A stretch of DNA of 64,000 nucleotides, taken from the NCBI GenBank assembly GCA_020057405.1, contig JAGVFW010000003.1:1-64000 (forward strand). The letters are read 5' to 3'. This DNA comes from an archaeon. Its GTDB lineage: Archaea; Micrarchaeota; Micrarchaeia; Norongarragalinales; UBA97. Made by a program: the position numbers and the translations under genes. Each line of letters starts with the position of its first letter. The first letter of the stretch is position 1. Shown here piece after piece: positions 18,990 through 27,482 of the stretch. The notes under the pieces were generated by a model that saw only the letters and a program-made list of their open reading frames with translations, searched no databases and was not told the origin of the DNA.

Positions 18990-19325
18990 ATGAAGAAGTT
19001 AAGCGATTTGCCGGGTCTGGATGTCTATACGGACAACGCCAAGTTCCTGGGCAAGATTAATGACATGATTGTTGACCTGCAGAAAGGCGAGGTCGCCAGA
19101 ATCACGCTCCAGCCAATCGAATCCCTAATGGGAACGAGCCCGCAGTGGATTAAGGACAACACCGTCGCCTACAAGAACATCGTTAGCGTCGGCGACATTG
19201 TCGTTGTCTCATCCAAGCCGCGTGAGGACGAGCCAGTGCAAGAAGCCCCGGCAGCGCCCCAGCGGCCGCGATACGGTTACGTCCCCGGCAGGGCCCCTTC
19301 GGGCGGCTATGGAATGAAGAGGTGA
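18990..19325 (+). CDS. PRC-barrel protein (CdpB-like)
   Basis: LSDLPGLDVYTDNAKFLGKINDMIVD...IVSVGDIVVV; GGAGGT SD; directly upstream of sepF-ftsZ. Confidence 0.88.
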   Translation: MKKLSDLPGLDVYTDNAKFLGKINDMIVDLQKGEVARITLQPIESLMGTSPQWIKDNTVAYKNIVSVGDIVVVSSKPREDEPVQEAPAAPQRPRYGYVPGRAPSGGYGMKR

Positions 19326-19331
19326 GTTTAG

Positions 19332-19700
19332 ATGGGACTTTTCAACAAACTATTTGGCGGCGCAACAGGTAAGGCTGTGAGCGTTGACGATGCCATGAAC
19401 GCGCTAGAAGACGAGAGCGTCGACGTGCTCCACGAGCCCGCAGACTACTACGTCAAGCCCCTCTCACTGGAGAACGACGGCGACGTTGCCATCGTCGAGG
19501 CCGAGCTCAAGGCGAAGAATGTCGTCCTCCTCAACATCGCACCACTCGTTCGCAATCCCGCGAGGCTAAAGGACAGCCTGTCCAAGCTGACAGCCTCGGC
19601 TTCAGCCCTAGACGGCGACATCGCGCGCATAAGCGAGGACAAGATTCTTTTGACGCCTTCAAGAATGAAGATAGTCAAGAGCACAAAGAAACACCGTTAA
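19332..19700 (+). CDS. sepF: Cell division protein SepF
   Basis: N-terminal amphipathic MGLFNKLFGG, NVVLLNI and DGDIARISEDKILLTP. Confidence 0.93.
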   Translation: MGLFNKLFGGATGKAVSVDDAMNALEDESVDVLHEPADYYVKPLSLENDGDVAIVEAELKAKNVVLLNIAPLVRNPARLKDSLSKLTASASALDGDIARISEDKILLTPSRMKIVKSTKKHR

Positions 19701-19731
19701 GTTATATTTGTAGTTGGGAGGGAGATTTGCA

Positions 19732-20796
19732 ATGGAAGACATAGTGAGAAACGTTTTGTCCAAGCCCGCGTCAATGCCCGTGCAGCATGCCGGTGGCGAC
19801 GAGGAAATCAAGATTTCAGTAGTTGGAGTAGGCGGTGGCGGCAACAACACGCTTAACCGCATCAAGCGCTTGGGCGTTCGGGGCGCGCAGCTAATTGCGC
19901 TCAACGCAGACAAGCAGCACTTGGCCTCAATCGACGAAGGCATCACAAAACTCCTAATCGGCAAGAGCGTCACCCGCGGCCTCGGCTGCGGCGGCTTCCC
20001 CGATGTTGGCAAAAAGTGCGCTGAAGTAGACCGCAAGAGCATTGAAGACGTGCTCACGGGCAGCCACCTCGTATTCATCTGCGCCGGCATGGGCGGAGGC
20101 ACCGGCACCGGTGCGGCCCCGGTAGTTGCGCAGATTGCACGCGACATGGGCGCCATTACGGTTGCCATCGTCACCTACCCGTTCGCCCTCGAGCGCGCTA
20201 GGACGGTCAAGGCCGAGGAAGGCATCCACGCCCTCCGCGAGATTGCCGACAGCGTCATCATTCTTGACAACAACAGGCTTGTCGAGCTCGTGCCGAACCT
20301 GCCGATGAACCAGGCGTTCCTCGTCGCTGACGAGATTCTCGCCAAAGCCATCGACGGTCTCGTCTTTACCATCACGCAGCCCTCGCTGGTCAACATCGAC
20401 TTTGCTGATGTCAAGGCGATTATGACCCAAGGCGATGTCGGCATGATTGCGGTTGGCACGGGTAAGGGCACGAACAAGGTTGAAGACGCCGTTCGCGGAG
20501 TCAAGCAGAACCGATTGCTCGATGTGGACTTCAACGGCGCAAAGGGCGCCCTCATCCACATCGCAGGCGGCCACGACCTCACCCTCGGCGATGCCATTAG
20601 GGCAGGCGAGATGATTACGGAAGAGATGGACGCGCACGCTGCTGTGAAGTGGGGCGCGCGTTTGGTGCCAGAGTACGACGGCAAGCTCGAGATTACTGCC
20701 ATCGTCACGGGTGTCAACTCGCCTCAAATCATCGGCAAGTCGGCCAAGAAGGCGGCTCCCAAGGATGAGTTTGGCGGCATCGAAGTAATCGGCTAA
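19732..20796 (+). CDS. ftsZ: Cell division protein FtsZ
   Basis: GVGGGGNN, GMGGGTGTG and LVNIDFADV (T7 loop). Confidence 0.98.
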   Translation: MEDIVRNVLSKPASMPVQHAGGDEEIKISVVGVGGGGNNTLNRIKRLGVRGAQLIALNADKQHLASIDEGITKLLIGKSVTRGLGCGGFPDVGKKCAEVDRKSIEDVLTGSHLVFICAGMGGGTGTGAAPVVAQIARDMGAITVAIVTYPFALERARTVKAEEGIHALREIADSVIILDNNRLVELVPNLPMNQAFLVADEILAKAIDGLVFTITQPSLVNIDFADVKAIMTQGDVGMIAVGTGKGTNKVEDAVRGVKQNRLLDVDFNGAKGALIHIAGGHDLTLGDAIRAGEMITEEMDAHAAVKWGARLVPEYDGKLEITAIVTGVNSPQIIGKSAKKAAPKDEFGGIEVIG

Positions 20797-20814
20797 AATC
20801 GTTTTAACCCTCCC

Positions 20815-20841
20815 CCCGCCGTTTTGGCGGGCTCGTTTTTT
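20815..20841 (+). terminator. Hairpin plus T-tract after ftsZ
   Basis: CCCGCC-GTTTT-GGCGGG followed by TTTTTT. Confidence 0.6.
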
Positions 20842-20894
20842 ACAAGAGTTAGCGCGAGCTTTGCTGTTGGAGGCCGGGGGGGGAGTACACGCGC

Positions 20895-21206
20895 CTAGGC
20901 AATTGAAGTGAGCACTACAACTGCAGCGGCAGCGAGAATGAAGTAGAATGCGCCGCTGCCTACCCACCGATAGACGGTTGCGATGTAGTAGACGAAGAGG
21001 ATGAAAAAAATCGGCAGGAGAAGGACGCCCCACCAGGTTCCCATCAGGGCACCGGCGATTGCGATTGGCACGGTAATCAGGCTGGCTGCTGCGACGAAGA
21101 GCGGCTGGGATGCAAAACCCACATCCGGGTTCTGCGCGAAAGTAAGCAGAGCGAGCACGAAGAGCGCAACCACCACCCAGGTGTCAACGCCATCCCAAGA
21201 GAACAT
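20895..21206 (-). CDS. Small integral membrane protein
   Basis: 103 aa with about 4 hydrophobic segments. Confidence 0.7.
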   Translation of the reverse strand: MFSWDGVDTWVVVALFVLALLTFAQNPDVGFASQPLFVAAASLITVPIAIAGALMGTWWGVLLLPIFFILFVYYIATVYRWVGSGAFYFILAAAAVVVLTSIA

Positions 21207-21296
21207 AACTACTCATTAGTAGTGCTTCAGAATAAATTGCTTTGCTTTTTAGTTGCGATACTTTGTTTTTACAATTTTTGAACACTTCGAAATTCG

Positions 21297-21381
21297 AAGC
21301 CGGCCGCCAACGGGAATTACCGACAAAACGCTTCGGCGCCGTAAGCCTAGAGCGCCGGGAGACTGCGCTTTGGACGGCCCT
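21297..21381 (-). ncRNA. Candidate structured RNA motif, copy 2
   Basis: Nested stems GGCCGUC/GGCGGCC, AAAGCGC/GCGUUUU and CGGCGC/GCGCCG; G-U pairs occur on the minus strand. Confidence 0.4.
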
Positions 21382-21464
21382 AATATACACCCACCCCGTT
21401 TTGTCAGAAAATGGACAAACCTAGGGGTAAGAGTTAAATAGCTGGAATGCAATATATTGTTTCC

Positions 21465-21880
21465 TCGAATTTTTGGAATTCGAGTGGTTGCGAGAGACTT
21501 CAGGGCCGTTCGCTTTCTACGGATTGCCTCCTTGGGGTTGCCTTGGACTCTCCGACCACCCTATCTTAAAACCCTTAGCGGGGGCGCTGCTTTCCGGATT
21601 GCCTCAAAGGGGAAAGCACGATTACAAACGCAACTAAACAGCTGCGCCGGTTTTTTCCTCCACCCTACCGCACGGGACTCTTGGGGAAATCCCGGTGGAT
21701 GCATGAAGGACCGCCCACCGCCAAGTCGGGTTTTAGTTTCCGGCTACTCACTATGCTTTGGCCAGTGAAAGGGTCTACTTTTGAAAAGCAATCAAAAAAA
21801 GCGTCATTCCCTTAATGCCTTCATGCGCTTGTAATTCGCAGAAGACATGAAAGGGGCAGGGCTAAAGCTGATGACGCCCG
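21465..21880 (+). ncRNA. Candidate long structured non-coding RNA of unknown family
   Basis: Several long stems whose G-U wobbles favour the + strand, a duplicated GCTTTC(TA)CGGATTGCCTC motif, and a TATA-like GTTAAATA just upstream. Confidence 0.45.
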
Positions 21881-21988
21881 TAATAAGGAGCCACAAGTTT
21901 CGCAAGTCCTGCATTGTAAAAACTTAATCCCCGGCGTTGCTTAAAAAACTATTGTTACCGGGCAGAGTTGGTTGGCGAGGCAAACGGA

Positions 21989-22789
21989 TTAAATCAATTC
22001 CTTCAGCAAAGCAAGGTCGCAGTAGTTTGGGGATGCAAACGCGTCTATTCCTCTTTGTTCTGCGAGTTCTTGAATGAATTGCGCGTATGGTTCTTGGAGC
22101 CGGTAGGCTTTCCAGTTCAGGCATAAAACAGGCTTTCTGCCAGCCTTTGCCCCGCCGGTAACTGCGTCCGCTATTTTCTTCGTCCACTCGACGGTTTTTC
22201 CGGCAGAACCCAGAATGAATCCATCGCAGTCTTCTAAACCCATCAATTCCGCCGCCCGTTCTGGCGTCATGCTCCCGCCGTATATGACTCGCGTTTTCCC
22301 AGCCGTGTCTTCGTCAAACCGCTCGGCTATGGCTTTTCGCAGCAGGGAACAAAAAAACTGGACTTGGGCGGCTTGCGGAGGCGTCACTCCGGCTTTCCCA
22401 CTTCCCCTAGTGCCCCACGCGGGCTCATAACCGACGACTATTTTTTGGAAGTCTTGCCGCGATACGCCGGCTATTTCTTCAAGGAATTTCCGGCAAACAA
22501 GGCCTTGGATTTTTTGTTTTTCCTCGGCTGAAAGGTCTTGCCAGTCTTTCCCCAGTTCGGCCCAGCTCTCCCCGACCAGCAATATGTTGTCAAATAATTC
22601 GTTCGCTATTGCGCTTTTGAGTTTTTTATTTACCGTATCCGAATCATCACCAACTTCGGAATGGCCGATAATAATTCCAGTAGCCCCGGCTTTTTTTACC
22701 TCAAAACAACTCGTGCCGCCGGTTCTGGCAAAAGAATCTCTCCCGTCGCCATCAAAAATAGAAATGTTCTGCGCAATTAGCTTAACCAT
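21989..22789 (-). CDS. tpiA: Triosephosphate isomerase, circularly permuted
   Basis: Starts at KLIAQN (beta3), then IIIGHSE, GYEPAWG, IYGGS, DGFILG, with RKPVLCLNWK (beta1) near the C-terminus. Confidence 0.9.
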   Translation of the reverse strand: MVKLIAQNISIFDGDGRDSFARTGGTSCFEVKKAGATGIIIGHSEVGDDSDTVNKKLKSAIANELFDNILLVGESWAELGKDWQDLSAEEKQKIQGLVCRKFLEEIAGVSRQDFQKIVVGYEPAWGTRGSGKAGVTPPQAAQVQFFCSLLRKAIAERFDEDTAGKTRVIYGGSMTPERAAELMGLEDCDGFILGSAGKTVEWTKKIADAVTGGAKAGRKPVLCLNWKAYRLQEPYAQFIQELAEQRGIDAFASPNYCDLALLKELI

Positions 22790-22836
22790 GACAAAGTTTG
22801 CCCCGGGCAAACTAAAAAAACTTCCTATGGGTGCAG

Positions 22837-23313
22837 TCAGTTCTTTTTCTTGCGGCCTTGCTTTGCGGGCGTGGGCGCTGTTGCCGGCGCGTGGGCGTGA
22901 AGCGCAATCTTGCCGTCGAGGGCGGACTGGAGTGCGTCGCGCAGGCCCTTTAGCGAGGGCCGGTCCATGTGGGCGCGGAAGATGAGGTCGCCGGCCTTGT
23001 TGATGTCGAACTGGATGAATTCGGAATGGAAGTCCCGCGTCTCGTTGTCAAATGACTTGGGGTAGGCCACAGGCGAGAAGGTGAATGCGACTTCCTCGCG
23101 GCCGGGGCTTTTAACGACGCTGCCCATTTGGGGCGGGGTGATGGAAAGCAGATGCAGGCCGAAGGAGACCATGATGTTAAAAGCGATGATTGCGACTAGG
23201 AAGATTGCTAGGGTGTAGTCGCCCGAGTATAGGGTGAGGGCAACTGCAAGGATGCCGGTCCAGACTAGGGCGTTGGCGCCAATGTGCTTTAGGTATCCTG
23301 CATTAAGTTCCAT
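22837..23313 (-). CDS. Hypothetical membrane protein
   Basis: Two N-terminal TM helices; follows the DUF373 gene by 1 nt. Confidence 0.7.
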   Translation of the reverse strand: MELNAGYLKHIGANALVWTGILAVALTLYSGDYTLAIFLVAIIAFNIMVSFGLHLLSITPPQMGSVVKSPGREEVAFTFSPVAYPKSFDNETRDFHSEFIQFDINKAGDLIFRAHMDRPSLKGLRDALQSALDGKIALHAHAPATAPTPAKQGRKKKN

Positions 23314-23314
23314 G

Positions 23315-24526
23315 TTAGTACCTCACGACGACTTTCTCGCCGATGTGCGCGATGTGGTTCAAGTCGAGGTCGATTTTTTGGCCCGACTCGGTTTCGATGA
23401 TGAACGTTTCCTTTCTCTTGTTGATGCCGACGATTTTGCCAAGCAGGCTGCCTAGCTCGGTGTAGACTTCCTTGCCTTCAAGCCTTAAGCCTGCGAGAAT
23501 GTCTTTTCTAAACTCGCGGGCAAGAAAGATGATGAGGAACATCACTGCAACGACTAGGAGGAGGAGGCCGAAGAACTCGCCAAAGCCAGTCGTGCCCAAA
23601 ATCCAGTCGGCTGCGCTTGTGAAGAGGACCCAGAAGAGGATGAGCGCGGACGCGTTTATCAAAAAGCTGGGGTAGAGGTAGTTGCGCCGCTCGTAGTAGG
23701 CCTCAAGCGCGTTGCCAATGATTGTGAGGAGGAGGGCGACGACTAGGAGCACGAGTTCCTTGATGAAGATTGCAGCTTGCTTGAGAAGCTCGGTCTCGCC
23801 GCTTGAGACGACCTTGTTTATGCCGACCCCAATGGCGACGATGGCGAGGGGTACTGCGGCGAAGTAGAACACGCTTGAAATGCGGTCAAAAGAAATCTTC
23901 GTTTCAGTGAAGATGCGGACAATCCAGTCCTCGATGCCGATTGCCTTTAGTATGAGGTAACCGCCCAGCATGCCGACAAAGGCGCGCAGGCCGGTGACGC
24001 CGAAGAGGTAGAAGAGCGCCAGTGCCAAGCCCGGGATGCCAAAGACGATTCTGGCGAAGGCCGGCTCCTTTAGCTTGTCGAGGAGCACGAAGTAAGTCTT
24101 CTCAAGCTCTTTAGTCTGCTTGACGACAACCGTGTGCACGCTGTTGATGCGGATGCGGCTCTGCACGAGGGGGAGAACCTGCTCGTCGCTTGCCCCGTCG
24201 GTAACGAAAACGCACGCCTCTGGCTTGAATTGCTTGAGGACGGCTTCAAGCTGCTTGACGATTTCGCTGTTTGCAGTGTAGCCCAGCCGGGGCGAGCCCG
24301 TCAGGGTCGCGATTTCAACGTCGTGGTCGGCTCCAAGCTCGTCGTATAGCTTGATGCCCTGGAACATGGCGTTGGCGTCAACCTCTGCTGGGTCGGCGAT
24401 GGCTAGCTTTGTCGCCGCCTCGCTAACGGCCTTTCGGCCGACTACGGGACCCTTGACTTTCGCCTTCTCCTGCAAGTCTGCGTCAATGTCGACGACGAGA
24501 ACCAGCAGGCGCTTATGATCTGACAA
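23315..24526 (-). CDS. DUF373-family membrane protein with C-terminal PRC-barrel-like domain
   Basis: LVLVVDIDADL, ADPAEVDAN, VTDGASDE, VVVKQ; TM region; C-terminal LEGKEVYTELGSLLGKI...IAHIGEKVVV. Confidence 0.85.
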   Translation of the reverse strand: MSDHKRLLVLVVDIDADLQEKAKVKGPVVGRKAVSEAATKLAIADPAEVDANAMFQGIKLYDELGADHDVEIATLTGSPRLGYTANSEIVKQLEAVLKQFKPEACVFVTDGASDEQVLPLVQSRIRINSVHTVVVKQTKELEKTYFVLLDKLKEPAFARIVFGIPGLALALFYLFGVTGLRAFVGMLGGYLILKAIGIEDWIVRIFTETKISFDRISSVFYFAAVPLAIVAIGVGINKVVSSGETELLKQAAIFIKELVLLVVALLLTIIGNALEAYYERRNYLYPSFLINASALILFWVLFTSAADWILGTTGFGEFFGLLLLVVAVMFLIIFLAREFRKDILAGLRLEGKEVYTELGSLLGKIVGINKRKETFIIETESGQKIDLDLNHIAHIGEKVVVRY

Positions 24527-24640
24527 CTTTTAATCCACCTAAAGCATTTAGGACGGCGGGGCTTTTAACGGCTACTGGCCGGGTCCCGCGCAACACTTAA
24601 ATACACCCTCGGGCTTTATTACTACTGGTTGGTGTTTACA

Positions 24641-25549
24641 ATGTCTGAAGGTGGTGGGCGTGGTTCTGGGCACTCTAGCTCAAGCCACGGCGGGGATTCC
24701 GATGTCAACCGTAGGGCGGCGCTCTTTGTCGCAATAATCGCCTCCGCAATCATCCTGGTCATTCTTGGCGTGCAGGTGCTTCGCGCCAACCCCCTGCTTT
24801 TGGCAGTCTTTCTCATCATCGGCGCAGGGCTTTTGATGCTTGCGCCCCAGCGCGTAGAAATACGGCAGTACGAACGCGGCGTGCGCTTTCGGCTCGGCAA
24901 GCTCTACAGTCTGATGGAACCCGGCTGGCACATCGTCTTCCCCACCTTTGAGAAAATCGAACGCGTGGACATGCGCACGCAGACCCTAGACATTCCACCC
25001 CAGTCAGTAATCAGCCGCGACAACGTGAAGCTGACCATTGACGCCATTTGCTTTATACGCGTGACCGACCCGAAGAAGGCGATAATCGAAATAAAGGACT
25101 ATAAGAAGGCCATCGAGGGTTTTTTGATTGCCGAACTTAGAAACGTTTCAAGCAAGATGGAAATGGAGGGCATCATCGAGAAGGCAGATGACCTCAACAC
25201 GCTTCTTCACCAGCGTTTGCTGGAAATTTCAGACAAGTGGGGCGTCACTGCAACTAGAGTTGAAATTGAGCACATCACGCTGCCCCCCGAACTCGTCGAG
25301 GCAATGACAAAGAGACAGGCGGCCCAGGAAGCCAAGAAGCGCATGCAAATCGAGTACGAAGCGAGGGCAATCGCAATCGAGGCCATCAACGCGGCCGCAA
25401 GCAAAGTCAGTGACACGACGATGACTTACCTTTACCTGGAGACGCTAAAGAGCATGGGCCACGGCAAGTCGACTAAGTTTATCCTGCCGATGGAACTCTC
25501 GTCCCTTGCGAGCCTGCTTGCGAGCAAGATTGGCGGCAAGGGCAACTAA
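24641..25549 (+). CDS. SPFH/band 7 (stomatin-like) protein
   Basis: QYERGVRFRLGK, VDMRTQTLDIPPQSVISRDNV and WGV motifs. Confidence 0.92.
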   Translation: MSEGGGRGSGHSSSSHGGDSDVNRRAALFVAIIASAIILVILGVQVLRANPLLLAVFLIIGAGLLMLAPQRVEIRQYERGVRFRLGKLYSLMEPGWHIVFPTFEKIERVDMRTQTLDIPPQSVISRDNVKLTIDAICFIRVTDPKKAIIEIKDYKKAIEGFLIAELRNVSSKMEMEGIIEKADDLNTLLHQRLLEISDKWGVTATRVEIEHITLPPELVEAMTKRQAAQEAKKRMQIEYEARAIAIEAINAAASKVSDTTMTYLYLETLKSMGHGKSTKFILPMELSSLASLLASKIGGKGN

Positions 25550-25575
25550 TTAAATCCGCCGCGCCAAATTTTTCC

Positions 25576-26001
25576 ATGGCGGAACTAATGTACGCAAGCG
25601 TCAAGGCTGCAATCCGGCGGGACGACGGGAAAATACTTTTTTTCAAGGACGTTTCCCCAAACGCGCCGTTCAATTACCTTGACCTGCCGGGCGGCAGGCT
25701 CAACAAGGGCGAGGACCCTTACGATGCCCTCTCGCGCGAAGTGTTTGAGGAAACTAAGCTGCGGGTTAAAGTTGGCAAGCCTGTCGGCAGGTATTACTTC
25801 ATCAGAAGCGACGGCGACCAAATCACCCTCACGGTATTTGAGTGCACTTGCGACGATTTTTCAACTCTCGACTTGAGCGACAATAATGACACTACTGAAA
25901 ACCTTAGCGAACCCCGGTGGCTTTTTGCCCAAGAGGCGCTTGCCCGCAGGGGCGAAATCATTCACGAGAGCTTCTCGCGGCTGCTTGAAAAACTGGTTTA
26001 G
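25576..26001 (+). CDS. NUDIX hydrolase
   Basis: Nudix box LPGGRLNKGEDPYDALSREVFEET. Confidence 0.92.
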   Translation: MAELMYASVKAAIRRDDGKILFFKDVSPNAPFNYLDLPGGRLNKGEDPYDALSREVFEETKLRVKVGKPVGRYYFIRSDGDQITLTVFECTCDDFSTLDLSDNNDTTENLSEPRWLFAQEALARRGEIIHESFSRLLEKLV

Positions 26002-26837
26002 GCGAAGGCCTGGCTCTCTATACCGGCACCGATGGCGAGGAAGAGCGTTGCAACTGCCAAGAGTTTTGCCACGTCGTAGACTACGATGACGAAGCCCGAG
26101 CGCAGGTGCGCAGAGCGGATGAAGGCGCTTGAGAGGATGCCGCCGGCCAGGGCTGCAGTAACGTAGGAAAGAAGCTCGAAAGTGCCGTGCGGGAGGATGC
26201 CAAGCACGCCAACGCTTAAGCCAGTAAAGATGGACGGGTCGCCGCCCCCGGTTCCGGCCAAGTTGATTGCAAGCGTGCCAAGAAAAACGCCGATTACTGC
26301 AGCGTTCCAGGCCAGGATGAGCACGGCCCCGCTGCCGTAGAGGAGCGAGAGCACGATAATCAAAAAGAGCACCTGCAGGTTGTGCAGGAAAATCGTTTCA
26401 AACGCCCGCTGGGCCGCGTCGTTAAAGGCAATTGCCTTGCCTTGGAATGACTGCTGGACTGCCTTGATTTCGTTTACCTGCACGTCGAAGACTCTTGCCG
26501 CGTCAGCAGGCGGCAAGTAGAGGTACCATGCAGTAAAGCCGGCTACCATGCCGACGAATAACGCCATGAGAACGACGATTACGGGCAGGTGTCTTGCCAG
26601 GGTGGAACTGCCGAAGAACGTATCCTCCTCATAGGCGCTGGCGTCGCTGTTAAACAGGTTGTAGACAAACGGGATGGCGGCGAGGCTTGCCAGGGCGACT
26701 ACGATGAGGCCGGAGTTCGGCTGGTTCCACATTGTGGCTGCCCAGACGGCAATGCTAGCGAAAGCGAATGCAAGCAGCACTATCTTCCATGGACTACGCT
26801 GCGCCTCGAGGGGCCCCACCAGAGACTCCAACACCAC
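25998..26837 (-). CDS. SpoIIM-like (DUF95) membrane protein
   Basis: IFLHNL, LAWNAAVIG and ILPHGTFE motifs. Confidence 0.85.
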   Translation of the reverse strand: MVLESLVGPLEAQRSPWKIVLLAFAFASIAVWAATMWNQPNSGLIVVALASLAAIPFVYNLFNSDASAYEEDTFFGSSTLARHLPVIVVLMALFVGMVAGFTAWYLYLPPADAARVFDVQVNEIKAVQQSFQGKAIAFNDAAQRAFETIFLHNLQVLFLIIVLSLLYGSGAVLILAWNAAVIGVFLGTLAINLAGTGGGDPSIFTGLSVGVLGILPHGTFELLSYVTAALAGGILSSAFIRSAHLRSGFVIVVYDVAKLLAVATLFLAIGAGIESQAFA

Positions 26838-26912
26838 GCTTGTCTAGTGTTGGGCAGGCAATAAAAGGGTTTTTAATGCCTTGACGGCATAGTTATTGCG
26901 TAAGCTACTTTT

Positions 26913-27467
26913 GTGGTGAATTATAGTTTGGCACTAGCGTTTCCGGGCGATTTTCTCGGCTATAGTGAAGAGTTCGTTGCGGGCGAAGGCACCGTAGAGC
27001 AAGACGGCAGCATATTCGCAGTTGCCTTGGGCGAAAAGCAAGTCGATGACTCGGGCAGGCGCGTCTCAATCAAGGCCGCCAAGTTCGTGCGGCCGCTTGC
27101 GAAGGGCGACATCGTCTACGGCAAGATTCAGGACCTCTACGACACGGTCGCGCTAATCGAGTTTCAGCCGCTTAACGCGCCCAGCACTTTTCCGGCAGCA
27201 GAGAGCCGCAACGCGTTTCTTCGAATTAGCGAAATCACTTCGGGATACGTCGAGAAGCTCGAGGATTACATGCGCATCGGCGATTACGTGCGCGCGCAAG
27301 TGCTAGAAGTCAAGTCCCTTGGCATTTACCTTACCATGAAGGCTCCTGACCTGGGCGTAGTCAAGGCGATTTGCAGCTACTGCCGAGGCGGAATGGACCT
27401 TAAAGGAAAGGATTTCGTGTGCAGCCGGTGCGGCTCGATTGAGCAGCGCAAGCTGCCGCACGCGTAA
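26913..27467 (+). CDS. csl4: Exosome RNA-binding subunit Csl4
   Basis: FPGDFLGYSEE, S1 domain, DLGVVKAICSYC...CSRCG..EQRK zinc ribbon. Confidence 0.93.
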   Translation: MVNYSLALAFPGDFLGYSEEFVAGEGTVEQDGSIFAVALGEKQVDDSGRRVSIKAAKFVRPLAKGDIVYGKIQDLYDTVALIEFQPLNAPSTFPAAESRNAFLRISEITSGYVEKLEDYMRIGDYVRAQVLEVKSLGIYLTMKAPDLGVVKAICSYCRGGMDLKGKDFVCSRCGSIEQRKLPHA

Positions 27468-27482
27468 AAGGAGGTAATTTCC

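Noticed and set aside
19954-21033. Long antisense or alternate-frame ORFs (e.g. 359 aa opposite ftsZ, 251 aa opposite lonB, 239 aa opposite pyrD)
   Set aside because: Shadow ORFs expected from GC-rich codon bias opposite well-supported genes
21184-21768. Short ORFs 21184-21452 and 21457-21768
   Set aside because: No recognisable motifs or SD, and they overlap the stem-rich region, which is better explained as non-coding
21845-21910. Hammerhead ribozyme at CTGATGA
   Set aside because: No GAAA with stems II and III in a compatible arrangement
21700-21988. RNase P or SRP RNA
   Set aside because: GAAGGACCGCCCACC resembles the P4 5' strand, but no matching ACAGAA-GGCGG 3' strand in the right order was found, and no SRP helix 8 motif was seen. 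Needs cmscan to exclude fully.
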